From Octopus sinensis (taxonomy: Eukaryota), in the NCBI RefSeq assembly GCF_006345805.1, contig NC_043006.1, positions 90,520,001 through 90,584,000 of the forward strand: a stretch of DNA of 64,000 bases, given 5' to 3'. The notes beneath the pieces were generated by a model. It did not search any database, was not told the DNA's origin, and saw only the letters and a list, made by a program, of their open reading frames with translations. The position numbers were made by a program, and so were the translations under genes. The first letter of the stretch is position 1, and every line of letters begins with the position of its first letter. Below, piece by piece: positions 38,442 through 52,500 of this stretch.

Positions 38442-41400
38442 CACACACTCGTACACATATCCCTCTGAATTCTGTGTCTCAAGACTCAGGTTTCATGCAG
38501 TAGCAATTTTCAGGCATGAACTGTATACTTTTAGCCTTCATGCTGGTTTTATGCAAATGTGACAGGGTTCATTCATTATAACTATTGTTTCAATTGACTG
38601 GTTTCTATAGATGGTTTATGAAGACAGTTACTGTTCTTGCCATTTTATCTGTCAATGTTAATTTTCTTTTGAAATGGTTTACTTCACTGTCCTTCATCTG
38701 TATATTACTTTATAAGCCAGGTTTTTCTAAAACAGTTTTTTCTGTACATTATGTCATATTGGCCAATTGAATAATTGTTTTGCATCTACATAATTGCATC
38801 CTGCTTCACTTAAAACGTTGTCCTTTTTCACTAGAGTTGTTCATCACAGATTCATTAGTTGGTTCAGTAGCTGCCAGTTGATTACATCAGTCATATCCTA
38901 TTTTCCTAATGTAGACATACGGTCTACTTGAGAGATCATTATATCGGATGTCACTAAACATGTCCTTGATATACCCTGAGAGGATCCATATTTTATGTCT
39001 AATAGCTAAAATTGTTATTCTTTCACAAGTTTATTGTTTCTGTCAAAGGATTATGGTGGCACGAAATTGGAGTTGCAATAGACTGAATTCTGTTTAAATA
39101 AAGAATATACATCATTTTGAGTTTTCACTTTCTCTTTCACTGACAAACTGAAGTGAGCGAGAGTGTGTATGTTTGTATATATATATATATATATTTATAT
39201 TGAACAGTGCTGCTCTTGCCAGATTGAATGGTATGGTCAAAGTGTTGGAACTATAATGATATCCATTAAGCAGCTGATGATGAGCATGAACATTTGATGT
39301 GCTTGATGACTGACTCTTTTGTAGCTCGGTTGTAAGTTATTCTCCATATAAACTTTGGTTCTCATAGGGTTGAACTAGTTTAGGATTAAGTGAGAACTGT
39401 GTGTGTGTGTACACACACACACACATACCTACCTACCTACACAGAGACGAGAAAGAGAAATTTTAGCATATTGGATTCGATGACTTAGTGGGGGTACTTA
39501 TAAAGATTTTAACCAGGACATTTAATTTCTACAGCTACTTATATTCAGATTATTAAAACTAATAAACTATACTTCCCTGGTTGTTCAATCTTTATTTCAT
39601 TTTTCTGCACATTTATCAACACGGTATACTGCAATTTAAGCAGAAGCAGCATTTATTATATAAACTCAAAAGTTCAGGCTGACATTATGCTTTTGTCTGT
39701 TGTAGATCTTTTTTTTTCTTCTTTTTCCTATTTCTTGTAGCACTTTGGGGTAGCAAGAAAACAATAGAGCACAGTATATGAAAAGATTTATATATCAGGC
39801 AAGTATTTCACTACTGAACAAACAAGAGAGCCTCTATGTAGTTGCCTGAGATGCTAGAAATAGTAACTAAAAAAAAATCATTATATTGCAAAACTGTACA
39901 TTATATGAAGACATATTTATATGGCAAATGACCCATCTGACACTGAACCAATGGAGTAAGGGGTGGGGTTGAGTGTTAACGGCTGGGGGTGAGGAACTGC
40001 AGGAAGAAGAAACCATTGAATTGCTACAAATGTGGTCAGCAAGAAATTACTGACTGACCAAACATAAATTGTAACACAATGAGTTCAAATTTCACAGATA
40101 TTAATTCAGCTATTTTCTAAACTTAGAATGATTAAATTAAATTTAAGGGCTAAACATCTTATTCTTAGAAAGAACAAGATGTAAATTTTGAATTTGAATT
40201 TTTGATTGAACACTTAACCCATCAGCATTCAGATTATTGCTTATTTATTCACATTCTTTTGAATTAATCCTGGTTTATCTTGTAGCTTTGAAAATTTCAT
40301 GGTGTGAGAGACTGGATTCGACTAATATTGAGCATAAAACAGGTAGGATATTTCGGCCAGATATGGCGGCTTTAAATGCTAAATATTGTAGATACAGTAT
40401 TTCTTTAGTAACTTTTCTAGGAATAAACTTTTGAATATCTTATAATTTTTTTAAATTTTATTTCAAGTAATCTTTCATGTTACAGTCTCTTCAAATTTAT
40501 ATTCAAACATTGCTTTAATCTTGAAAAAGAAGTGTTATTATACATCTAATTGAGTTTCTTTCTTTTGAAATTGTCATTTGTTGCTTTAAGTGTTCAGTCT
40601 TTTAGTTTTAACTTTGATGTACTTTAGATTATTGAACTTGGTAAACAAAGATGTTACTGATATTCTTTTATACTATTTATATAGTGTATGTCACTTGTAA
40701 TCTTTTGCTTAACAGATCTTTTTGAAGAACAAGAAAAAAGTTTCTTTTTTCCTTTTACTAAGTTCTGCATTATTATACTTAATTCTGTGTAGATCCTTAA
40801 ATAATGATGATAATAATAATAATAATAATAAAAATAACAATAATAAAAAAAATAATAACATAGCTACTGTGTTTTAAATGCAAACTTTAACAAGTCAGGC
40901 TACTAAAAAGTGGCCTGATGATTAATGGTGGCTGTGTAATTGCCATCAATTAATAAAATATATGATTAGTCTAATTATAAATAGAAGAGAGGAAGATAAA
41001 ATCTGATGGAGTTGGTGTTACTAGAAATCATGTAGAGAATTGAAAGTTTTGTATACTGACTCCACCGTCCTTGCTTTAGGGCTGGTGACCTGGAATGGCA
41101 TCCTACTATACAAAATCTGCCTCTATAAATTTTGCCTGACCCATGCTAGCATAGAGAAGTGGGCGTTAAATGATGTTGATGAAATATCCTTATAGATCAG
41201 TACAAAAACTCACAACCATCATGTGATATGAAGGTTACATGCACACACATGGGCTTCTTCCTGTTTCCATCTTCCAGACATACTCACAAGACTTTTGGTC
41301 AATCTGTGCTTATGGTAGAAGACACTTGCTTAAGGTGCCACACAGTGGGATTGAACCTGAAACCACATGGTTAGGATGGAAGCTTATTGACCCCACAGCC

Positions 41401-41769
41401 ACACCTGTGCTAAGATACCTTTACAGAAATAATAGGAAATAAGAGCAGTTGCTGGTAGCCAAGTATGACCTGGTAGTTTAGAGAAGACACTGACAATCTC
41501 TTGACCCTCCCACCCATTGACCCAGTGGAACATCAGAAAAGGGACAGCTAGAGGGAGCAACATGAAATAAATGTAAAATGTGCTCGAGACCACAACTCAC
41601 TGCCCACTCTCGAAATTGAACCCACCAACCTTATAACAGTGAAGTTAACATGGTGACTACAAGGTTATGAACCTTCACTTGTACTAAAGCAGAAAAGATG
41701 AAAAGAGCAGTAAAATTTGTTGTGGAAATTGGATTAAAGTGCTGCTATAAAAAAAATGTTAGATTTTAA

Positions 41770-41988
41770 CCCTTTAGCATTTAATCTGGCCATATCTGGC
41801 CCAGATATTCTGTTTTATATTTAAGCTGGCCAGATCTAACCTCTTACACCTACCCCACAATATCATCCTAAAAATAAACACATTAAATCTCATTAAAATC
41901 TCAGAGCTACAAGATAAAGCATGACCAAGATAAGACAATGTAAATAAATAAGTATTACATGTAACAGAATTATCTAAATGCTAAAGGG
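41770..41988. mobile_element. piggyBac-type MITE
   Basis: Perfect 14-bp TIR ccctttagcattta/taaatgctaaaggg with TTAA on both sides; degenerate relatives near 21088-21302 and 40215-40385. Confidence 0.8.
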
Positions 41989-42458
41989 TTAAAAGGATGC
42001 TGAGGGATAAGGTTTAGGTTTAAGAGGTAAAAATTAGGAAAAAAAATTGATTTGTTTTTTGGTGAGGAATAAGGAATCATCATCATCATGGTTTTAATGT
42101 TGAAATTTGCAGGATGAGGATGATCTTCCATGCTTGCATGAGTGAAAGAGATTTTATTGAAGCAGGTTTTTTTACAGTAAGATGTCCTTCCTATCCATAA
42201 CACTTACCAGTTTCCAAGCAACATAATATTTCTCCAAGGTCAGACATGTTTTCATGGATGACTGGAAACAAAATGACAGCACCTGTATAGCAGAGCCACT
42301 TGCTTACAACTATCATGCAATGTCAAGACAAAACACACACACACATGTATGTGAATGAAAGAAACCCACTGTATATGACAGGCTTCTTTCAGTTTCCATC
42401 TACTAATTCCACTTTCGTCAGCTTAGAGTAATAGTACAAAACATTTGCCCAAGGTACC

Positions 42459-42689
42459 TATTTCTTTACTACCCACAAGGGGCTAAACAAAGAGGGGACA
42501 AACAAGGACAGACAAACGGATTAAGTTGATTAACTTAACCAGTGTGTAACTGGTATTTAATTTATTGACCCCGAAAGGATAAAAGGCAAAGTCGACCTCG
42601 GCGGCATTTGAACTCAGAACATAACAGCAGACAAAATACGGCTACGCATTTCAACCGGCATGCTAATGTTTGTGCCAGCTCGCCACCTT
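42459..42689 (-). mobile_element. tRNA-derived SINE nested in an older SINE
   Basis: 15-bp target-site duplication tttgcccaaggtacc at 42444-42458 and 42690-42704. Confidence 0.88.
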
Positions 42690-45600
42690 TTTGCCCAAGG
42701 TACCACCCAGAATCAATGAACTCGAAACTCTGTGAGTGGGAAGTGAACTTGTCAATCACATAGACATGTCTGTATTTCTTTGCCTGTATATTCCACCTCC
42801 AGTGAAAACAGCAAACAGTAAGAAATGATCAAGAGGCATTACTCTGGAATGCCAGGAATACTTTATTGAAGATATGTGAAATATTTAAATTAATAAAATA
42901 TTGTTATCCATTACCAACCATCATGTTATTTTCCTTCATAAATATAATGTAATAAAAACAATAATAATGTAATGTAATATACTATAATAAAAATAAAAAT
43001 GATTGTTTTTTTTATATTTTGTTTACAATTACTATTTTTACTATTATCTAAAATGGAAAAAAAAGACTAAATAAATATTACCAATCAATGAGGAAACTTT
43101 TCATATCACACACAGACACACACACACATAAGAGTTATGCAATAATACTGCAGTGAATTAGAATAATATATTTTGGCAGAAGATATCTACATATTGTAGA
43201 AGATTATTAAAAGTTGTCCAAAGATAAAGCACCTATTAATTTGTTTCTCCACCAATGATTGAAGAGGTGTAATCAAAGACATTCTAACCATGACCTACTT
43301 ATTGTACATTTCTTTTTCCCCACACTTTTCTTAAGATGTATGGGAAGTTATTTGTGGGTTATCTGACTACTACTTCAAGCAGGTCAATAACTACACAGGA
43401 CCTTCCTTGTTAGCTTGTCCATGGTAGAATTTTAAAAGAAATTAGAATTGTTTGTGTAAAATATGGGCCAGAATTTTCATGGAGACAAACAGAATTGACC
43501 CTTTTGAGAGAAGGGTACCTGAGACTGTTCTGGTTTGTTTTTAAAATGACTGGAATTAAAACCTTCTGTTGAAGTTTCCTATTAATTTATGTTCCAAACA
43601 TCAGCTTAATCATAAGGTATTTTTCTAAATTTTTCATTATTTTCAAAATTAAATAAAACAAAGCAATTCTATATCAACAGAAATCTAGTAACAACAAAAG
43701 GGCTAAAGTGTTCCTTTCAATCAGAGTTTGGTTCTTAAAAGATGACGGGGATTAGATTTTAGATAAAGTCAATAGCAAGTAATAGAGTTTGTTGGGTTCT
43801 TTTTAAACATGAGGAATGCAGAGCAGCTACCTGGGAATCCAGCATACAAGGCCATTCCTACAATGTGCACTCCACCTTCCATCTCTACAATGTATGGTCC
43901 TTTTCCCAGCCACAAAATGTGTCCACTTTTCCCCCCAACACAACACTTTGCCAAGCCCTAAATTGTGCACCCCCAACAACTACTTTTTCTATATATTACT
44001 CTAGTCGGCACCCTCTTCAGTGGAAAAAACAAATGCACAAGAATTTTATATCATTATAAGTTATAAAACTAAGTAAATTCATTACCTGACAAAATTTTAA
44101 ATGCTTAACATCAAAACATGTGACAGGTCATAATACCAAATGATCCTCTTGACTTCCCTCATTCATCCCCATCCTGTCCCCCAGCCTCACCTCATCCAGT
44201 AGAGCCTGATTTATAACTGAGATAGATTTTGGAGTGCCCAAGATGTAGCGTCAGCCCTGGAACAATCACCATCATTTAACATCCACTTTCCATGCTGGCA
44301 TGGGTTGGATACAATGTCAGCTTCAGCATGGTTTCTATCTAAACTTGAATGCCAATGTCTTAGCTAAATATTCCAGTCCTTGTAGAGATAAAGTAAATGC
44401 TGAGAAATAACTAAATGAAATGTATTAGTTCTGAATGCTATGAATACATCAGCGAAGATGTCTGAAATATTTAAAGAAATAGTAATATTTTGTCCATTAC
44501 CAACTATCATGTTTTCCCTTCAAATAAAATATAATGTAATAAAAATAAAGAACTTTATTTTTGGGGGAATTACTATTCTTTTTACTATTTATCTAAAATG
44601 ATAAAAAAAATTAATTTGAAAATGCCAGGAAAAAAAGCTAGTGAATTATTTTTTTTCCACTTCTAAAAGTTACTTTCCTGTCAAGTTACACACACACACA
44701 ATAGTTTCTTTTTTTATTTGTTATAATTAAAACCCTATTGAACATGATGGCATAAAACTATATTTCTGAAATTTTAAATCCTATCATATTGGTAGAAGAG
44801 ATTGAGGTGAGAAAAAGAGGGAGGTTAGAAAGGAGATGAAGAAAGAGAAAATGAATGAGGATAAAATCTTAGAAAGTAAAACAAATTCTGTTAAGATGCA
44901 ACACAATGAAAGAAACGAGAGCAGTACAAGAGCTTCAAATACTCAACAATAAAACCATGTTCACCTTGAAAACCATTTCATTTAAGAAAGAAAATAACAC
45001 AGTTCTAAATCAATAAAGCATCCTAAGTGGGATAAAAGTAAACAGAATTCTACCACAACTGAACAATATATTCATTGACTATTAGTGTAGGATTAAGGGC
45101 AAAAACTAAACAAGCTGTGGGATGTTCTAGTGTAAGTTTTTAATGAAAGGTCTCAAGATTCACCAATCTCAAATCTGGCTTTGATAGTTTCTTCCCATTG
45201 TTACAGCTGAAGAAAGAGTTATTTTTTTGCCTCAAAAGCTTTCTTTGTTTCACCCTTTTGTTACCATATTTCTGTTCAAACATGTGGTCTTTTAAAAAAA
45301 TGTTTTAGCTAATGAAAAATTTAAGGAAATTATTTTGTTGTTTTTAAGCTGATGTTTGGAACATAAATTAGCATGAAATTCTAATGGGAAGTTATAATTT
45401 AGATCAGTTTAAAACAGTTTTGTATGACAGAAGCAAGAGCTGCTGCTGCTGTGGTCAAGTTGGTATCAAAGAGGTTAAATCCCATGATATTTTGAGATTG
45501 AAGTGAGACAGAGAGAAAAGATAGAAAAGAAACCTTTAAAGATAAAACAAATTCTAGTAAAGGAAATGCAACACAATAGAGAAATCCATAAATATTTCAA

Positions 45601-45875
45601 TTATATGGTGAAGCAATATTCATGAAAGAATTTTGTACAAAATAATCTAAAGCCTCTTTGCATTGTATCCAAGAATAATGTCTGATGGAATCTCAGCATG
45701 GAATCTAAGCAGAATCTGTTAGGCAAAATCTCTTCAGAGCTTTTCATTTATCAAACTTCTTTCACTTTTATAACTTTAATGAAGCTGTAAAAAAATCTGA
45801 TGCAGCCAATGAGAAAGTAGCTATGGTCAGTTTCTTCCGAGAAGCAGCACAAGGTATTGTAGTCATTTCTTTTAG

Positions 45876-46004
45876 GGATGTATCTCCTCCCGTAAAAGAC
45901 GATTATCAGCTAAGTCTCACCACTATTAGAAAGATAACATTCATGAGAGAGATATTACTTCAATTGTGCTCTGGAAGCTGTATCATATTTAAGGAATGCA
46001 TTGT
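45876..46004 (+). CDS. Candidate exon: (x)DVSPPVKDDYQLSLTTIRKITFMREILLQLCSGSCIIFKECI(V)
   Basis: Acceptor catttcttttag, donor gtatga; lies inside a 103-codon stop-free frame (45709-46017). Confidence 0.35.
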
Positions 46005-46597
46005 GTATGAAACATAAATGTTACATGGAAGGAAGTATCTATCAAAGTATCAACACTTCAAAGAAATGTGTCAGATGGGAAAAAAAAAAAAAAGGAAAAA
46101 GATACCTTTTGTATCTAAAATACAATAACTGCAGGAACATTACATGGAATGATTCCAGCAAGGTACGGCTGTATGTAGTTAAGTAGTTTGCTTCCTAACC
46201 ATTTGGTTTCAGTTTTAAATCCATTCTGTATCACCTTGAGCATCTTGTATAATAGCCAGGGGTTAAAATGCTCCCTACCCACCTGAATATGTTATAAGTA
46301 GAATTTGGGAGATAGAAACTTTGTGCCATTCCATCAAGTATGTAGTGTGTGCTTAAATCAGTGGAAACCCTTAGATTGTAAAAAATTAAATTTGTGTGTG
46401 TATGTATATATTATCATCATCATTTAGTGTCCGTTTTCCATGCTAGCATGGGTTGGACATGTATTTATATATACATACACATGTAAAGAAAACTCTAAAA
46501 AAAATAAAAGCATACTTTTTGAACAAAGTTTCTAATGATATTTTTTCCGCATTGAATTATAGACACATTATTCTCTCTCTTTCTCTCACACTATCAG

Positions 46598-46715
46598 AAA
46601 TGCAATGAACCAGTGTTTGGCCAGTTGGAAAGCAGCAATTAACAATGCCATCATTTATAAAAAACAGTATAAAACAAAGAGAATCTCAAAATTAAGATGG
46701 GCATTAAAAATCTAA
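46598..46715 (+). CDS. Candidate exon: NAMNQCLASWKAAINNAIIYKKQYKTKRISKLRWALKI*
   Basis: Long pyrimidine tract ending ctatcag; phase 2 matches exon 45876-46004. The 3' end is uncertain. Confidence 0.3.
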
Positions 46716-47976
46716 AAGCATGAATTTTCTGTGTAAATATAGTAAAATAAATTTCAAATATTGAAAGTATTAAAAATTTCACAATTAGCATTCATCTACA
46801 TTAAAAACCTTTCTAAGGCCCAATTTAGACATGAGCTTCATTAGCTAATGAAATATTAATTTATTACCGCAGCAATATGTACCCATGGTATATATTTAAA
46901 GTACAGACCAATAAGGGGTCCTGTACACAATCACAAGACACCTAGGATTAAAAGTGAGAGCTCCCACAAATCGCACTCAACTGATCACTCAAAAAAACAA
47001 CAAAAAAAAGTTAATGACACATTAGACAATGTAATGCAAAGACAGGATGGTTGAAAATAGATTGATTTTAATTCTGTCCTCACAACCAAAGCTCTTCTGG
47101 AACAATGACATATTTTAAAACTAGGAAAATGGAGCCAAAAAAATGCTGTGACTACAGGAACTTATACAAATTTGATTATTTTGTATTCATTAAAGATGTA
47201 CAATTACAGATTCAATTTCTAAGTTTTTAAATAGGAGATGAAACAATTTCTAATCATTTGTATTTTATTAACAATATTTTCAAAGTTACTATATCTAAAC
47301 AAAGCATTGCTCATTGACTAATCAAAAGAATTATTCAAAATAAAATGCAAATAACAAAAAGACAGTCTGTTTTATTCATTTATGTAATCCATTATCAAGA
47401 GTGGTATTAATTTATTTGGAAACTATATCAAATGATAGATGTCAGTGAAATCTCACTATCAAAATTTACCTTTTTTTTTTTTACTTTGTTGAATTACGAG
47501 AAGTCAGATTTCAATAGAAAGCATTGTTTATTTATATTATCTTTATTTTATTCATTCTAATATTATTTATTTACTTATATTATTTTTATTCATTCTATTA
47601 TTTGTTTACTTATATTATTATTTTATTCATTCTATTATTATTTATTTGGCTTTTCAGAATAATCTAATGAAATGCATATCACATATTCAAAAAAAAAATC
47701 CTATATTAAATGAAAAGGATTTCAAATAGACTGAAATGATAAATTCTGTGCAACATGTGTGTATGTATGTACACACACACACACATACATGTCTGTATTA
47801 TTCAGGTTACACAGATATTCTCATATGCAAAATGTTAAATGTGCTTCAGTCTTATGACTAAGAACTGAAACAGTTTGTTGTTGTTTTTTCCCTACCTGGG
47901 CCATTTAACCGTTACATCAGTTTACATATGATGGCAAGTATTTACTTTAACAAATGAAACTGTATTAAGTTATCAT

Positions 47977-48238
47977 CATCATCATCATCATCGTTTAATG
48001 TCCGTTTTCCGTGCTAGCATGGGTTGGACAGTTCAACCGGGGTCTGGCAGTGTTTCTACAGCTGGATGCCCTTCCTAACGCCAACCACTCTGAGTGTAGT
48101 GGGTGCTTTTTATGTGCCTCGATTGGTTGGTGCTTTTTACGTGCCACCGGCACAGTGATCACAACTACAATTTCCATTTGATATTTATTTTGATGTTGAT
48201 GTACTTGACTCAATAGGTCTCCTCAAGCACAGCAGGTC
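47977..48238 (-). mobile_element. Short RTE-tail retroposon with (CAT)n tail
   Basis: 13-bp TSD attaagttatcat at 47964-47976 and 48239-48251. Confidence 0.85.
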
Positions 48239-48916
48239 ATTAAGTTATCATTGTAGTATTACACATTGTTGTTGTTGTAGCAGTAGCAGTTGTTTAGCCC
48301 CAGATCAACCTCGACTGAATAAGACTCACGATCAAAAGACAATTCTGGTTTCTTGGAGATAACTAGGACTGCATTGTTTAATATTTATTTATTTGGCAGA
48401 AAACTTGAGAAACAATAGATTGTTGTTGCTGGAGCCTGATTAAGCAAACTTACGATCAAAGACATTCCAGCTTTGCCCATCCATCTCTTCTTTTAGAATA
48501 TATCTGAAGTTGATTTAAATAACTGTATCCCAACTGTCACAAGGTCTGGTTCTTGTGATGTGGTGGCTTCTATGTCTCAGAGACCCTGTGAGCCACAACA
48601 GCAGAGTGCAAGCTCCTGGTAGAACCCACCTCTATGCTGGACAGGTCAAAGGATAGAGGCGAGACTAATATGGATCCCCTCTTCCCAGAGATAACAATTG
48701 CTTTGCGTAGGGGCAATACACTTACCTAGAAAAAGCAAAGTTACAGAAACATTGATGGCAAATCAAAACCAACAAGACCTGAGAGAGAAAGGCCTCTCTT
48801 TAGGGAAACGTGATGCAGTGGCTTGTGTTCCGTAGGTTGCTTTACACAGCCAGGTTTCTGCTACAAGATTGTTGATGGCTTATGCTCCAGAGAGAGTGAC
48901 TGGCTGAAATAAGTAT

Positions 48917-49309
48917 ACTCTCTTTTACTCTTTTACTTGTTTCAGTCATTTGACTGTGGCCATGCTAGAGCACCGCCTTTAGTCGAGCAAATCGACCCCA
49001 GGACGTATTCTTTGTAAGCCCAGTACTTATTCTATCAGTCTCTTTTTGCCAAACCGCTAAGTGACGGGGACGTAAACACACCAGCATTGGTTGTCAAGCA
49101 ATGCTAGGGGGACAAACACACACACATACATATATATACATATATATGATGGGCTTCTTTCAGTTTCTGTCTACCAAATCCACTCACAAGGCATTGGTCG
49201 GCCTGGGACTATAGCAGAAGACACTTGCCCAAGATGTCACGCAGTGGGACTGAACCCGGAACCATGTGATTGGTTAGCAAGCTACTTACCACACAGCCAC
49301 TCCTGCACC
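48917..49309 (-). mobile_element. Full-length tRNA-derived SINE (dominant family)
   Basis: On the minus strand reads ggtgcaggagtggctgtgtggtaagtagc...gggttcagtcccac head; about 90% similar by eye to 60121-60486. Confidence 0.9.
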
Positions 49310-49322
49310 TATAAGAGTAATT

Positions 49323-49556
49323 TTTTTTTTTTATTTATTTCCCTCAAGGGGCTAAACATAGAGGACAAATAAGGACAGACAAAGGGATTAAGTCGATTAC
49401 ATCAACCCCAGTGCATATCTGGTACTTAATTTATCGACCCAGAAAGGATGAAAGGCAAAGTTGACCTCAGTGGAATTTGAACTCAGAACGTAGAGACAGA
49501 CGAAATACCAATAAGCATTTCGCCCAGCGTGCTAACGTTTCTGCCAGCTCGCCGCC
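49323..49556 (-). mobile_element. Second-family tRNA-derived SINE
   Basis: Same family as 42459-42689; 11-bp TSD taagagtaatt at 49312-49322 and 49557-49567. Confidence 0.87.
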
Positions 49557-52500
49557 TAAGAGTAATTATGTCATTTCCTTCACCTAAATTTTTAGTTATT
49601 CTTGCAGTTGGAGTCTACCTGCAAAAATGATATTTTCCAAGTGAACTGACAGCAATGGACTCAAGGATCAACTCCCTGGTGTGGACTGACAGAGATACAT
49701 ACCCAGAGATTTGTGGCTCAAACTAAAAGTCTTCTTAAATCTTTCTATCCATTCAGCCATAGTAGGAGTGAGTAAGCAAACGCACATGTGCATGCATGTG
49801 CAACCAAAGCTGAATGGTTAAGAGGTTTACTTTCCTATTATGAGATTATGGGTTCAATCTCAGAACATGGCATGAAGGGTCAAATGATATTTTCAATAGC
49901 CTTAGGTTAACTCACTCCTGATCAGAACTGGATGGATCTGTCAGATAGAGCGTACCAATCTTGTTACATTGTGTTGATTTCATTAGGGAGTGTTTATGGT
50001 ATACATGCTAATTCAATGAGGCTGGTAGTTAAGTTGATCAAACAACTGAAAACTCATGCTCAAAAATTTTGACCAAGATCCATTTTATGTAAAAAGTCAC
50101 AGAACCATCATAAAGTCCTTGTGCAATATTAAATTGCACAATATACAAAGAATGACAAAATTAATCTGTTACAAAATAAATGACAGAATTTGACAGTTCT
50201 AGAAATACATTTTTTTAGCTGATTTTCTGACATACCATGAATCACATTAATCAGTTTTGCTTACAAACAATAGAATGAGTTTTAGTTCTTTTAGTAGTCT
50301 TTAAATATCTCCATAAAATAAGGAGGAGATAACTGATGTTTTTTGGAAAACAAATAACAATCCTTCCTGCTATAGGCACAAAACCAGGAAGTTTGGAGAA
50401 GGAGGTCCCAGTATTCAACAAGGACGAAAGGCAAAGCTAACCTTGGTGGAATTTGAACTCAGAATGTAAAAGACAAATGAAATGCTGCCTAGCATGTTGT
50501 CTGGCATGCTAATGATTCTGCAGTCTGGATAATAATAATAATGCTTTCTATAATAGGCACAAGGCCTGAATCTGTGGGGAGAGGGTGAGTCAATGACATT
50601 GACGCCAGAGTTCAAATGGAACTTATTTTACAGACCCTAAAAGCAAAACTCAGAATGTAAAGACAGACAAAATGCAGCTAAGTAAAAATTTTCTTGTTCT
50701 GTACTTTACAGTTGTAATAACTTGTCCTGAACTTTTCCAAGTGAAATGACTTGTCCTGGAATTTTCCAGGTTTATAATCTTAAGAATATTATTTCTCTCA
50801 TTTGCATTTTTATATGTAATCCATGTTTTTTCCAGGTTATGCTATTGATTAATAATGTCAATTAGCAGGGCAGTCCTTACCTCAATGATGCTGGTGACAG
50901 ATATTAAAAGTCCCTTGTAGAACTTTTTGCATAAAAATGTATAGAACTATATTATCACCCTCAAGGTTGAGAAACAAACACTCAGAACTTTTTTTCTTTT
51001 AAAACTTCATTGCATGACAAAGATACCATGAAATTCCTTGAATTGAGCCCTATCATTTAAGCTTAGTGAAAATATAGTTTGTTTTTAAAATAAAAAAGTT
51101 AATTGTACTTCAATCCAATTTTTTGTCTCATATTCTTTTCATGATATTTTATCTCACAATGTTTTTTATACAAATTTTTGTTGCATAGGAACAAAACTAT
51201 GAAATTCTTCATACTTTCTTTTATCATTGAAACTAAGATAAATATATTTTGCTTTTAAAATAAGGAAGTTATTTAGATCTAAACTTGATTGGTGGCATTA
51301 CTTACTCTCTAATAATGTTGCTACAAATTTTGATGTAAACTTTTTTTGGCTGGATCAAATCTCAATTTTGTTATGCCAAAATGTAGCTAGGGACCAGCCC
51401 TCTTCAAAAATGTTAATGCTTTTCAATTTGGTTAAGAACTGAATTAGTGACAAGCTCTGAAAGGTGCTGCATGTGAGTAAATTGTGGCCTTAAGAATATT
51501 ATTCAACTACAACCATTGTTGAGTTGAATAACAACATCAAAGTGAGGACTTGACAAAGGATGAATGACAAAGTTGGCCTCAGGGGGATTTGAACTCAGAT
51601 CACAGAGCCACAGCAAATACTACTGCAAAGCATTCTGTCTGATGTTCCATGTGACAATGATAAAATTTCTAAATATATTCTAAGCAAATTATTCTATTAT
51701 ATATGGAATTAAAATCATCATCATCATCATCATTGTTTAACATCTGCTTTCCATGCTAGCATGGGTTGGACGATTTTGACTGAGGGCTGGCAAACCAGAT
51801 GGCTACACTAGGCTCCAATCTTGATCTGGCAGAGCTTCTACAGCTGGATGCCCTTCCTAATGCCAATCACTCCGAGAGTGTAGTGGGTGCTTTTTATGTG
51901 CCACTGGCACGGGGGCCAGTCAGGCGGTACTGGCAATGACCTCGCTTGAATTTAAAATTGCACAAGACATTATGGTGAGAGAGAAAGAGAGATGTCTACA
52001 CATGTGTATTAATGTTTTATTGTCAGTTCATTTGATTGCTATGTATTAAATGATTTGTTATTGTGGTTATCATTTAGTTCCAACAACCAGAGAAACATCT
52101 TAGATAATGACACCAAACTGAAGTGAAATAAGCATGGAAGCAAAGAACTGAAGATCTTTATAGGGATAGGCATAGCAGTGTGTTTAACAAGTATGTTTTG
52201 CAAGCCTGTAGATCCAGGTTCAATCTTGCTATGCAATAGCTTGGGTAATTGTCTTCTACTGGAGCCTTGCAGGCTGACCAAAGCCTTGGCAGTGAAATTT
52301 TGTAAACAGAAACTGTGTGGAAGATGGTTGTGTGTGTGAAGACAGAGATATATGCATACATACATAAATAAATACATTTATAAATGTTTACAACTACACA
52401 GAGTTTCAGTCCTAATTTCACTCTCAAGTCCTATCTTGAACCAAGACTATGGTGAAAGGCATTCTCTGAACATGTCATACAATATATGATAGGATTGAAC

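Noticed and set aside
40905-40975. ctgatga followed by a hairpin, hammerhead-like
   Set aside because: GAAA is replaced by AAAA, and there is no helix I or valid cleavage triplet.
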